From: a virus
Taxonomy: Duplodnaviria > Caudoviricetes
Strand: one strand, 5' to 3'
Length of the DNA: 32,093 nt
IMG/VR virus record: IMGVR_UViG_3300016467_000679
Span: 1-32,093 of that record
Below, piece after piece: positions 17,304 through 25,151 of the stretch. The first letter of the stretch is position 1; every line of letters starts with the position of its first letter. Both the position numbers and the translations under genes were made by a program. The notes below the pieces were generated by a model. It was not told the origin of the DNA, did no database searches, and worked only from the letters and a program-made list of their open reading frames with translations.

Positions 17304-17679
17304 AGAAGAATCCCAGCTTCCAGTTCCTACGCAAGCCGAATTCCATCGTTTCCTTGAAATCCAAGAAGCTGAAATAAAGGCTAGGACACAAGAACTTGCA
17401 CTTCGCGGAAAAGAAATTGACGCTAATGCACGAAATGCTGAAAAGTCTATTGAAGCGCAATTGGAAGTTGAAAAGCTCCGCCAACAGGCATTCTTAAAGC
17501 AAGACACTTCCAGATCGTGGCTTTTGGGAAGCATTATTGCCGGTGCAATAACGATCATCCTTGCGTCCCTATGGCTCGAAAAAGAATCCGTGGCGATTGA
17601 GCTACTAAAACAAGCAGCCATTGTTGTTGGTAGCTTTGCTGGAGGTTATGCCGTGGCAAAACGCAAGCAAGACAGCTAA
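17296..17679 (+). CDS. Coiled-coil protein with two predicted transmembrane helices
   Basis: Charged helical N-terminus, then WLLGSIIAGAITIILASLWL and AAIVVGSFAGGYAVA, followed by KRK. Confidence 0.75.
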   Translation: MAEEESQLPVPTQAEFHRFLEIQEAEIKARTQELALRGKEIDANARNAEKSIEAQLEVEKLRQQAFLKQDTSRSWLLGSIIAGAITIILASLWLEKESVAIELLKQAAIVVGSFAGGYAVAKRKQDS

Positions 17680-17703
17680 TTCTTTCCGTTTCATCCTGCA
17701 AAC

Positions 17704-17729
17704 AATCCCGCTTCGGCGGGATTTTTTTT
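17704..17729 (+). terminator. Rho-independent terminator of the cI transcript
   Basis: AATCCCGC-TTCG-GCGGGATT followed by a T run. Confidence 0.9.
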
Positions 17730-17872
17730 GCCTATCACAAAGCCTCGAAAACCGTCTGGAAGAAAATCGACGATTAAATTCCGGTTTTGTTGCCACAAGC
17801 AAAACCTGGTTGCCTCTCAGATCATAGCTCCCGCACCGAACTCGCTCGGAAAGGTAGTTTTTTTCTCAAAAT

Positions 17873-17915
17873 AATCACTTTGGGTGTTGTCTTTTGTTAC
17901 CACCATGGGTAACAT
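17873..17915 (+). promoter_or_regulatory. pL-like promoter and operators
   Basis: TTGTCT(17887)-N17-TAACAT(17910); palindrome TGTTACC-N6-GGTAACA; aligns with the pR region. Confidence 0.75.
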
Positions 17916-18032
17916 TCTCATCACGCCCCCTAGCTGCCCAGGTCAGCGCCGGATGCAACAAGGGCCTGTCAGTTGAATGGCCTCATTCAGAGACACGCAA
18001 GGACAGGGGGCAACCTTTTAGAGGAGATGAAC

Positions 18033-18146
18033 ATGAAGAACACCATCATCGCAATTCTCGTTTTCGCTGCCTTCGCATGGGCATCAAACGATGACTACAA
18101 CGATTACCAGCTTGCACACGGTCAAGTCCAGGTGGCTCAGAAATGA
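18033..18146 (+). CDS. Small signal-peptide/membrane peptide (37 aa, MKNTIIAILVFAAFAWASNDDY...)
   Basis: GAGGAG RBS and ATGA overlap with the next gene; below the ORF-track cutoff. Confidence 0.7.
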   Translation: MKNTIIAILVFAAFAWASNDDYNDYQLAHGQVQVAQK

Positions 18147-18331
18147 ATCGCACATTCATCGAAAGAAAAGCCTCTGAACACGGTGTTCCTGTTTCGCCTT
18201 CTCTAATTGCGCTGTGCCGAGACATCAACAAAGCCGCCCTTGAAGGTCTGGCCTACGAATTTGAGTCGCACGATTACTTCATCGAAGCCAACAAGGTTCG
18301 CTCGTACATCAACACAGAAACCCACGACTGA
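18143..18331 (+). CDS. Hypothetical protein
   Basis: Coupled to the upstream peptide; precedes the exonuclease. Confidence 0.6.
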   Translation: MNRTFIERKASEHGVPVSPSLIALCRDINKAALEGLAYEFESHDYFIEANKVRSYINTETHD

Positions 18332-18339
18332 GGAAAGAC

Positions 18340-18975
18340 ATGATTGTTCATACCTACCCCCAAGGTTCTGAAGACTGGCTTCGCGCCAGAGCTGGCAAGG
18401 TCACAGCATCGATGTTCAAAGATGCTCGATCCAAATTAAAAAAATCCGGCGAACCGACAGAGGCCGCTCTCAATTACGCATTCAAGGTAGCCGTCGAGGC
18501 TATCAGCGGCATCCCAATGGATGAAGGTTTTAGCACCTGGCAAATGCGCCGTGGACAAGAACTGGAACCTGAAGCGCGGGATCTTTATTCGATCCGCACT
18601 GGCAACACCGTGGATCTCTGCTCATTCATCACCACCGACTGCGAATCCTATGGCGCATCCGCTGATGGACTGATCGGGGAAGACGGAGGCCTCGAAATCA
18701 AATGCTTAGTTAGCCCTGAGCGCATTCGTAACGCCATCTTGAACTACGACATTTCTGAATGGATTGACCAGGTGCAAGGCGGCATGTGGATCACCGGACG
18801 GCAATGGTGGGATTTCGTCATCTATTGCCCTGCCCTGTCTGGGGTCGGCCGTGAACTCACCATTTGGCACATCGAGAGGGACGAAGCATTTATCAGCCAG
18901 CTCGAGGCGGATCTTGGTGCATTTACCGAGATCGTCAATTCATTCATCACCAAGCTTTCACTAAAAGCCGCTTAG
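18340..18975 (+). CDS. YqaJ/lambda-type exonuclease
   Basis: QGSEDWLRAR.G.VTAS, G..LEP.AR, ASADG, LEIKC, QVQ motifs. Confidence 0.92.
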   Translation: MIVHTYPQGSEDWLRARAGKVTASMFKDARSKLKKSGEPTEAALNYAFKVAVEAISGIPMDEGFSTWQMRRGQELEPEARDLYSIRTGNTVDLCSFITTDCESYGASADGLIGEDGGLEIKCLVSPERIRNAILNYDISEWIDQVQGGMWITGRQWWDFVIYCPALSGVGRELTIWHIERDEAFISQLEADLGAFTEIVNSFITKLSLKAA

Positions 18976-18985
18976 GAGACCCTTA

Positions 18986-19876
18986 ATGGCACCCCCAATT
19001 CAACGTATTACCCAACCCCCAACCGCTCAAATCACCCAGATGGAAAACGTAAGCGTTGGTTTGACCTCCCTTCAAGGTTTTGAACTGGCCCAGAGAGCGG
19101 CAAAGCTTTTGTCATCCTCTAGCCTGGTCCCCAAGGAATATCAAAACAACCTGCCAAATTGCGTGGTTGCGTTGAACATGGCCCAGAGACTTGGAGCTGA
19201 TCCCCTGATGGTCATGCAAAACCTGGTCATTGTTCATTCGCGTCCCACATGGGCATCGCAGTTTTTGATTGCGACGTTCAATTCTTGCGGACGCTTCAGC
19301 CCCATCCGTTATGAATTCAGCGGGAAGGAGGGGACTGATGATTGGGGATGCCGCGCAACGGCCACAGAGCTTGCATCAGGCGAAAAACTAGCCGGTCCGC
19401 TTGTCACCATTGGCATTGCCAAAAAAGAAGGCTGGTATGGCCGGAGCGGTTCCAAATGGCAAACCATGCCTGAGCAAATGCTTCGTTATCGATCCGCCTC
19501 TTGGTTTGTGCGCACAACCGCCCCTGAGCTTTCCATGGGGCTTCAAACCGCTGAAGAAATTCACGACGTATACGACGCTATGCCAACCAATGACGGCTCT
19601 TATGAGGTCGTAGCAGAAGCCCAAATAAACGCCGACATAGTTGATCCAACCACCGGCGAAATCCTTGATGAAAAGACCGCTCAAACCGTTTCTGTCGATG
19701 AGGAACCAACCGATCCATTAGTCGATCTGCGCCTTGCCTTAGAGGACTGCCACAGCCAGAGCGACATTGCGCGGTTCATTGAAGACCTGGACCCCAAGGA
19801 CAAGAAAGATCCAACCATCCAAGAACTGGTGCGTGAGCGCCAAGCCATCATCAAAGCTGAAAAGGAGGTCGCGTAA
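18986..19876 (+). CDS. Single-strand annealing recombinase (RecT-like)
   Basis: Between the exonuclease and SSB; contains VPKEYQ, VMQNL and SKWQTMPEQMLRYR motifs. Confidence 0.78.
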   Translation: MAPPIQRITQPPTAQITQMENVSVGLTSLQGFELAQRAAKLLSSSSLVPKEYQNNLPNCVVALNMAQRLGADPLMVMQNLVIVHSRPTWASQFLIATFNSCGRFSPIRYEFSGKEGTDDWGCRATATELASGEKLAGPLVTIGIAKKEGWYGRSGSKWQTMPEQMLRYRSASWFVRTTAPELSMGLQTAEEIHDVYDAMPTNDGSYEVVAEAQINADIVDPTTGEILDEKTAQTVSVDEEPTDPLVDLRLALEDCHSQSDIARFIEDLDPKDKKDPTIQELVRERQAIIKAEKEVA

Positions 19877-20307
19877 TGGCGCACATGCAAGGAATTTTCC
19901 GCCTCGGCAGGGATGCCGAATTTAGATCGACGGGTAATGGAACGTCTGCCCTGAGCTTGGCCTTGGCTTACAACTACGGCCGGGCTGAGAACGGGGGTAA
20001 ACGCCCCAGCCAATGGATCGACGCAACGATCTGGGGAAAACGCGCCGAGACGCTAGGGGATTACCTCAAGAAAGGCACACAGATATCAGCCCTCCTTTCT
20101 GACGTTCATATCAGGACGTATCAAAAGAAAGACGGAACGGAAGGATTCAGCCTTTCAGCAACCGTTCAGGACGTTGAGTTTTGCGGTGGCGGGAATGGTG
20201 GACAACAACGCCAGGCTAACACCCAGACCCAAAGCAATAACACCCAGAGCAGAGCCGCACCCCAGGCGACTGATGACATGGATTTTTCAGACGATATCCC
20301 GTTTTAG
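19876..20307 (+). CDS. ssb: Single-stranded DNA-binding protein
   Basis: RLGRDAE, WGKRAE..YLKKG, and C-terminal DDIPF. Confidence 0.93.
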   Translation: MAHMQGIFRLGRDAEFRSTGNGTSALSLALAYNYGRAENGGKRPSQWIDATIWGKRAETLGDYLKKGTQISALLSDVHIRTYQKKDGTEGFSLSATVQDVEFCGGGNGGQQRQANTQTQSNNTQSRAAPQATDDMDFSDDIPF

Positions 20308-20353
20308 TTAAACCACGCATTCACTAATCGACGCATTTAAGGAGATTTTCAAA

Positions 20354-20593
20354 ATGAGCAACAGATTTGACTACGTGAAATATGACCAAGAATCAGAACG
20401 CCTGCAAAGCAATGCAAAAGCCCTGATGGTTGATGCAGTAAAGATGATTAACCAAATACCTGATGGCCGAGCAAAAAGCCTTGCATTGACCAAGCTTGAA
20501 GAAGCCTACATGTGGATAGGAAAGGCTATTCGGGATGAGCAGATTCAACGTAATGGGTCTGCTGAATTACAAGAAGAACGCTGTGATTCGTGA
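20354..20593 (+). CDS. Acb2/Tad1-like helical hairpin protein
   Basis: Motif PDGRAKSLALTKLEEAYMW..KAI; strong AAGGAG RBS. Confidence 0.65.
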   Translation: MSNRFDYVKYDQESERLQSNAKALMVDAVKMINQIPDGRAKSLALTKLEEAYMWIGKAIRDEQIQRNGSAELQEERCDS

Positions 20594-20602
20594 GGCTTTC
20601 AA

Positions 20603-20785
20603 ATGGTGGTGATTATGTTTCTGATTTTGACGGTCCTGGCGGTTTACGCCGGGATCTTTGTTGGGGCCCTGGCGTATCGGGTCGCCGGTTTGATTTGCGA
20701 TGAAAAGCGCGACCCTGATGCGGTTAAGCGCTGGGGGTTGGATCGACGTTATTCAAAGCTTTTGATGGGGAAAAGAAAGATATGA
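20603..20785 (+). CDS. Small membrane protein
   Basis: GAGG RBS; N-terminal hydrophobic helix. Confidence 0.6.
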   Translation: MVVIMFLILTVLAVYAGIFVGALAYRVAGLICDEKRDPDAVKRWGLDRRYSKLLMGKRKI

Positions 20786-20883
20786 GCGGGACCGACATTA
20801 TCGCAATCGTGTTGTGCCTTTTGCTGGCCGGGATTTTTCTTGAATTTGCTCTGGATGTAATTGCGGAGGACGAAGATGACTGA
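20782..20883 (+). CDS. Small membrane peptide (33 aa, MSGTDIIAIVLCLLLAGIFLEFALDVIAEDEDD)
   Basis: ATGA overlap upstream and 8-nt overlap with the AlpA-like gene; not in the ORF track. Confidence 0.55.
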   Translation: MSGTDIIAIVLCLLLAGIFLEFALDVIAEDEDD

Positions 20884-21073
20884 GCGATTTTTGAAACTGA
20901 ATGAAGTGTGCGAACGAATTGGTTTGCGCGTCACGATGGTCAAGGAAATGGAAAAAGCCGGGAAGTTCATTGAGCCGATCCGAATCAACGGATCAGGCCA
21001 CCCGCGCTATCTCGAGTCCGAACTCAATGCCTGGATGGAAATGCAGGTTCGGATGAATCGCGAAGTTGCATGA
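20876..21073 (+). CDS. AlpA-family regulator / probable excisionase
   Basis: FLKLNEVCERIGL...GKF.EPIRI...YLESELNAW; ATG at 20876 after GGAGG. Confidence 0.8.
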   Translation: MTERFLKLNEVCERIGLRVTMVKEMEKAGKFIEPIRINGSGHPRYLESELNAWMEMQVRMNREVA

Positions 21074-21732
21074 TGGACAGAAGAAATTTCTGGACCCCGG
21101 AAGACATTGAAATTTTGCGCCAGTTTTATCCATCAACCCGAACGGAAGACCTGGCGCAAATCATGGGGGTAAAAGCCACTCGGCTTTATAACAAGGCGCT
21201 TGCGTTGGGCCTCAAGAAGTCTGAGGCCTATATGAAGGCCGAATTAAAAAGGCAAGCCGAAAGACTCAAGACAATTTGTGGCGCCACTCGGTTTCAGCCA
21301 GGGCATACAGCCTGGAACAAGGGAATGAAAGGCCTCGACATTGGTGGCAAGGAAACGCGATTCAAAAAAGGCGGCACTCCTCATAACACCCAGCCGATTG
21401 GCCATGAGCGCATAAATCGTGACGGGTATCTGGAACGGAAGGTTCAAGACACAAAGCCCACAAGGTTCAATTTCAGAGCCGTTCATCGAATCATTTGGGA
21501 AGAAGCCCACGGACCGATCCCGAAAGATCACGTTGTCGTATTTAAGAACAAGGACAAGCTTGATGTGCGCCTCGAAAACCTAGAAATGATCTCAATGGTT
21601 GAAAACGCCAGGCGCAACGGCAAAGCCAGATTCCCAAAAGAAATCCGGGACGTCATCCAAGCCAAAGCCGTACTCACCCGAAGAATTAACCGCATGGAGA
21701 AAGAACGTGCAGAACAAAATGACGCATCTTAG
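21070..21732 (+). CDS. HNH endonuclease-domain protein
   Basis: N-terminal WTPEDIEIL, FQPGH..WNKG repeats, HRIIWEEAHGPIP...VVF...ENL motif. Confidence 0.8.
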   Translation: MMDRRNFWTPEDIEILRQFYPSTRTEDLAQIMGVKATRLYNKALALGLKKSEAYMKAELKRQAERLKTICGATRFQPGHTAWNKGMKGLDIGGKETRFKKGGTPHNTQPIGHERINRDGYLERKVQDTKPTRFNFRAVHRIIWEEAHGPIPKDHVVVFKNKDKLDVRLENLEMISMVENARRNGKARFPKEIRDVIQAKAVLTRRINRMEKERAEQNDAS

Positions 21733-21952
21733 GAATCACCTGTTTGAAACCCTCGAAATGCTCAAGGATCAAGACAATCCCATGGATCTTGATCGGGCAA
21801 AGACCATTTCAGACGTTGCCCAGACGTTAATCAACAGCGCAAAGGTTGAGGTTGATTTCATCAAGGCCACCGAGCAAACCGAGGTCGGATCGGAATTTTT
21901 TGAAGTTGAGCCGGTGCAGATTGGCCAGGTGAAAATGATTCGGGGAGTGTGA
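21707..21952 (+). CDS. Conserved phage hypothetical protein
   Basis: LRNHLFETLE...RAK.IS.VAQ.LINSAKVE; GTG start at 21707 with GGAG; commonly adjacent to this HNH type. Confidence 0.75.
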   Translation: MQNKMTHLRNHLFETLEMLKDQDNPMDLDRAKTISDVAQTLINSAKVEVDFIKATEQTEVGSEFFEVEPVQIGQVKMIRGV

Positions 21953-22314
21953 TGAGCGAATCAATGTTTCCAAAAGGCCCATGGGTATGGGGGCATTTAC
22001 AAGCTGGTCCTGATTATCCTTCAGAGCATGAATTTGAGGCGGCGCTATATGCGCCTAATGAAGTTCCTGCAAAAAGATTTGTCTTAGAAGCGCACTCCAT
22101 TGGGGATGGTGATGCAATTTCAATCAAGAACCTCATCGCCGCTGCGCCGGATTTATACAGGAAACTTGAACTAGCGAGATTCACCATTGCAATGGAAATC
22201 GCAACGATGGGTCCAAGGACTTTGGACCGGGAAGAAAAGGAAGCATTGATAGCAGAACATCCGGCGATCAAATTGATTGATGCCGCACTCGCCAAGGCGC
22301 GGGGTGAGTCATGA
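21949..22314 (+). CDS. Hypothetical phage protein
   Basis: PKGPW, LIAAAPDL and ALAKARGE motifs; coupled overlaps. Confidence 0.75.
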   Translation: MMSESMFPKGPWVWGHLQAGPDYPSEHEFEAALYAPNEVPAKRFVLEAHSIGDGDAISIKNLIAAAPDLYRKLELARFTIAMEIATMGPRTLDREEKEALIAEHPAIKLIDAALAKARGES

Positions 22315-22610
22315 CTGACAAAGAACTCCTAGAACTTGCGGCACAATCGGCAGGGTATACGCTTGAAGAACGCTACGACATTCACGGTAACTATTGGCCT
22401 TGGTGTTTTGAAATCGCTGATCCTTGGTCCCCCCTAACCGATGACGGTGATGCGCTGAGGTTGGCGGTGAAGTTGAGGTTATTTGAATCTGGACAGTTGT
22501 GGGACAAAGTTATGGGCTACCGTTTTGAATATGAAGGTGAAGACGACCCCTACGCCGCAACCCGACAAGCCATTGTTAGAGCCGCCGCTGAAATTGGGAG
22601 GACGTTATGA
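22311..22610 (+). CDS. Hypothetical phage protein
   Basis: WSPLTDDGDALRLAVKL and ATRQAIVRAAAEIG motifs. Confidence 0.78.
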   Translation: MTDKELLELAAQSAGYTLEERYDIHGNYWPWCFEIADPWSPLTDDGDALRLAVKLRLFESGQLWDKVMGYRFEYEGEDDPYAATRQAIVRAAAEIGRTL

Positions 22611-22837
22611 GTCGCAACCTTCTGCATAAATCACGGTTGAATGACTTCATTCAGTGGCTCGATAAAAGCGGCATTAAGCATCGTCCCCCTAGGGGTGAAT
22701 GGCAAGTCCTTCAGGTTTTCTTTAACGATAATTGGCATGTGATTTACCAACGCTTACACATGCCGGAGCATTACACAACGCCGTGGACTATGGAGAACCT
22801 AGTGCGGGCATTTATTGAGGAGACGAGAAATGACTGA
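22607..22837 (+). CDS. Hypothetical phage protein
   Basis: ATGA overlap; GGAGG RBS. Confidence 0.7.
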   Translation: MSRNLLHKSRLNDFIQWLDKSGIKHRPPRGEWQVLQVFFNDNWHVIYQRLHMPEHYTTPWTMENLVRAFIEETRND

Positions 22838-23246
22838 CAAAGCGCGTGAATTGTTGGAACGGTGTGCTTTTCAACTAGGCAATGAAAATATGACTTATTG
22901 GAATGCGGGTTTGGTTGAAGAAATCCGCGCCTATCTCTCTGATACAAACCCATCAGAAACCATCAATTCTCAGGAAGTTGATAGATCGGAGCCAGTGGCG
23001 TATCTGTATGACTTGGATGCTTACTGCGATCACCGACCAGAGCAGGACGTTTTGGCTAGAAAAATACCGAAAGGCATTCCGTCAGAGTACCTAAAGAATG
23101 TAAGGCCGCTCTTTCTCCACCCCGCCCCACGGAAACCTTTTGTGCGGTTGAGTGAGGAGGAAGTGAGCGAAATCCTGTCATCAGCACATACCCCGTATGA
23201 GGCTGTATGCGCGCCCGAAAACCGTTTATTTGAGAAAAACCGCTAG
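22830..23246 (+). CDS. Hypothetical phage protein
   Basis: ATG at 22830 after GAGGAG; EPVAY...RPLF motif; stop overlaps the integrase stop. Confidence 0.65.
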   Translation: MTDKARELLERCAFQLGNENMTYWNAGLVEEIRAYLSDTNPSETINSQEVDRSEPVAYLYDLDAYCDHRPEQDVLARKIPKGIPSEYLKNVRPLFLHPAPRKPFVRLSEEEVSEILSSAHTPYEAVCAPENRLFEKNR

Positions 23247-24418
23247 CACCCCTCCACCCAATCCGACCATTCCTGCATCATCTTGGCCCTTTCCTCAAGC
23301 CATTGGGCATGGTTATAGGCTCGGCGCACAGCATTGGCATGAACGTGCGCCATCTGTCTCTCGATCACATCCGGGTTATATCCCGCTTCGTTTAGCCTGG
23401 TCGAAGCTGTGGCTCTGAAATCATGGCCTGTCCACTCCCCTGTCGCGTACCCCATGTATTCCAGTGCCCGGTTGACGGTCGTGGATGACATGCACGTTTT
23501 GGGATTCCGCATGTTGGGGAACAGGAATGTTCCGGCCCCGGTGATCCCCTTTAATTCGGTCAAAAGCGCCACGCATTGACGCGAGAGCGGGACCAGGTGC
23601 GTTCGTCGCATTTTCATGCGTTCTGCCGGAACGGTCCAAAGGGCTTTGTCGAGATCGATCTCTGACCATTCCCCTCCCCTCAGCTCCTTGGTTCGGAGAA
23701 ATGTGTGCAGGATCAAATGGCAAGCAATCACGGTTGTTCTGTTGCCGCCATAGGCTCGAAGTTTGACCAGGTATTCTCCGATCTCGGCTGGCTCCATCGG
23801 CCGGCTATGGTTAATGTCCGGCCGCTTCACGACCCCTTTGAGGATAGCGGCTGGATCTGACTCGGCCCTGAGCGTGACGACCGCGTATTGGAAAATGGTG
23901 CTAATGAGTTGCCGGAGGTTAATGGCGTAGGTTTCCGCTCCTCTAGCTTCCATCTTTTGAAGGATCGCCAGGATGTGAGCGCTGGCAATCTCATTGATGG
24001 GAAGATTCCCGATCAGCGGGTAAGCATTGTTTTCGAGGTTGCTCTTGGCCTGGGTGTAGGTCCATTCGGATTTCCACCGTTTCTTTTGCACCTCAAGCCA
24101 TTCATCCGCAATAACCCTAAATGTATTTCCTCGTATTGTGATTCTGGTCGCTTTGTCGAGCCGTTTCTTTTGACCAGGGTTGACGCCCTCGGCCACCAAC
24201 TTATTGATCCTGTCGCGCTCCTGTCGCGCTTCTTGCAAACCCATGGCGGGGTATTGACCAATCGTGATCCAGCTTCGCTTCCCGTCGATGGAATAACGGA
24301 CCTTCCAGGATCGTTTGTTTGCGGGAGTGATGGAGAAGTGAAGGCCAAACCCATCCGGGATGACCTGGACCTCGTCGGTCGGCTTCAAGACCCTGAGTTT
24401 GCTATCGGTGAGCGGCAT
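23243..24418 (-). CDS. int: Tyrosine integrase, P4/IntA family
   Basis: Arm-binding N-terminus (MPLTD...DG.GL...IGQYP.MGLQEAR); catalytic R (FLRTKE), K (RMKM), HDFR, H (MAH) and Y (RAYN). Confidence 0.95.
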   Translation of the reverse strand: MPLTDSKLRVLKPTDEVQVIPDGFGLHFSITPANKRSWKVRYSIDGKRSWITIGQYPAMGLQEARQERDRINKLVAEGVNPGQKKRLDKATRITIRGNTFRVIADEWLEVQKKRWKSEWTYTQAKSNLENNAYPLIGNLPINEIASAHILAILQKMEARGAETYAINLRQLISTIFQYAVVTLRAESDPAAILKGVVKRPDINHSRPMEPAEIGEYLVKLRAYGGNRTTVIACHLILHTFLRTKELRGGEWSEIDLDKALWTVPAERMKMRRTHLVPLSRQCVALLTELKGITGAGTFLFPNMRNPKTCMSSTTVNRALEYMGYATGEWTGHDFRATASTRLNEAGYNPDVIERQMAHVHANAVRRAYNHAQWLEERAKMMQEWSDWVEGC

Positions 24419-24421
24419 GGC

Positions 24422-24683
24422 GGACTCAAATGAAAATTTAAGTTTGAGTCCACGATTGAGTCCAGTTATGATCGGGTCAAATCGGTGAACTTCGCGTCAT
24501 TCTGACACGGAAACCCGCGTAAAATAAAGGCTAGAGCAAATTTGCCTAGCCTCAGTTTTCGTCAAAAATCGCCGGATTTTTCGATATGTTAGTTGTCGAT
24601 CATCAACAGCATTTGAGGCTCAACCCTTTGAATTTATTGATCTTTGCAACTGGACCTGATTTTTTAAGTCCGTTTCCAAGTCC
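24422..24683. other. attP: arm-type repeats flanking a core matching the trpG/pabA 5' end
   Basis: TTGAGTCC twice at 12-bp spacing (24444, 24456) plus an inverted copy at 24422; AAGTCC twice at 12-bp spacing (24666, 24678). Minus-strand ATGCTGTTGATGATCGACAACTA at 24590-24612. Confidence 0.75.
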
Positions 24684-24782
24684 ATTTTGTTGCAGTTGCC
24701 TTTCGATGGAAATCGGCGCTATATGTGGCCGCATTTTACACGAAGGCGTTCAACTCCTCTGGAAACCATCGGTGTGAAAAAC

Positions 24783-25097
24783 ATGAAAAAGACATTTTTG
24801 ATTGCCCTTCTCTTGCCCTCTTCGGTGGCCATGGCCGACTTTCAGCAAAGTCTGGGAAATGGCATGTACCTCAATCTCGATAACGGAGGCATCACCCTGC
24901 CGATGGGTGGTGGCAATTACCTGACCCCAGACAACCATATCGAAAGACGGATCAACGGCCGGAATTCAGCGGTCATCGATATGACCAATGGGGATATTTC
25001 GCTGCCCTACGGCAAGCGAGGCGGGGTCGTTAAGAAGAACGGAGATATTGTCATACCGATCGGAGATGATTACCTTCAGGATGACGAGAACCAGTGA
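24783..25097 (+). CDS. Exported beta-rich moron protein
   Basis: Signal peptide MKKTFLIALLLPSSVAMA; short Gly-rich beta-hairpin repeats (NGGITLP, NGDISLP, NGDIVIP); opposite strand to both neighbours. Confidence 0.75.
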   Translation: MKKTFLIALLLPSSVAMADFQQSLGNGMYLNLDNGGITLPMGGGNYLTPDNHIERRINGRNSAVIDMTNGDISLPYGKRGGVVKKNGDIVIPIGDDYLQDDENQ

Positions 25098-25151
25098 TTT
25101 TACCTATCTAGAGGTATTGACTCTGATCTTCTGTAGGTAGAAGATCGCTCT

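Noticed and set aside
17925-18015. tRNA gene
   Set aside because: It has a 7-bp closing stem and a D-arm-like hairpin, but no anticodon stem or TTC T-loop; kept only as a structured leader.
25100-25117. Additional CI operator
   Set aside because: TTACC...GGTAT half-sites are 8 nt apart rather than the 6 nt seen at pR and pL.
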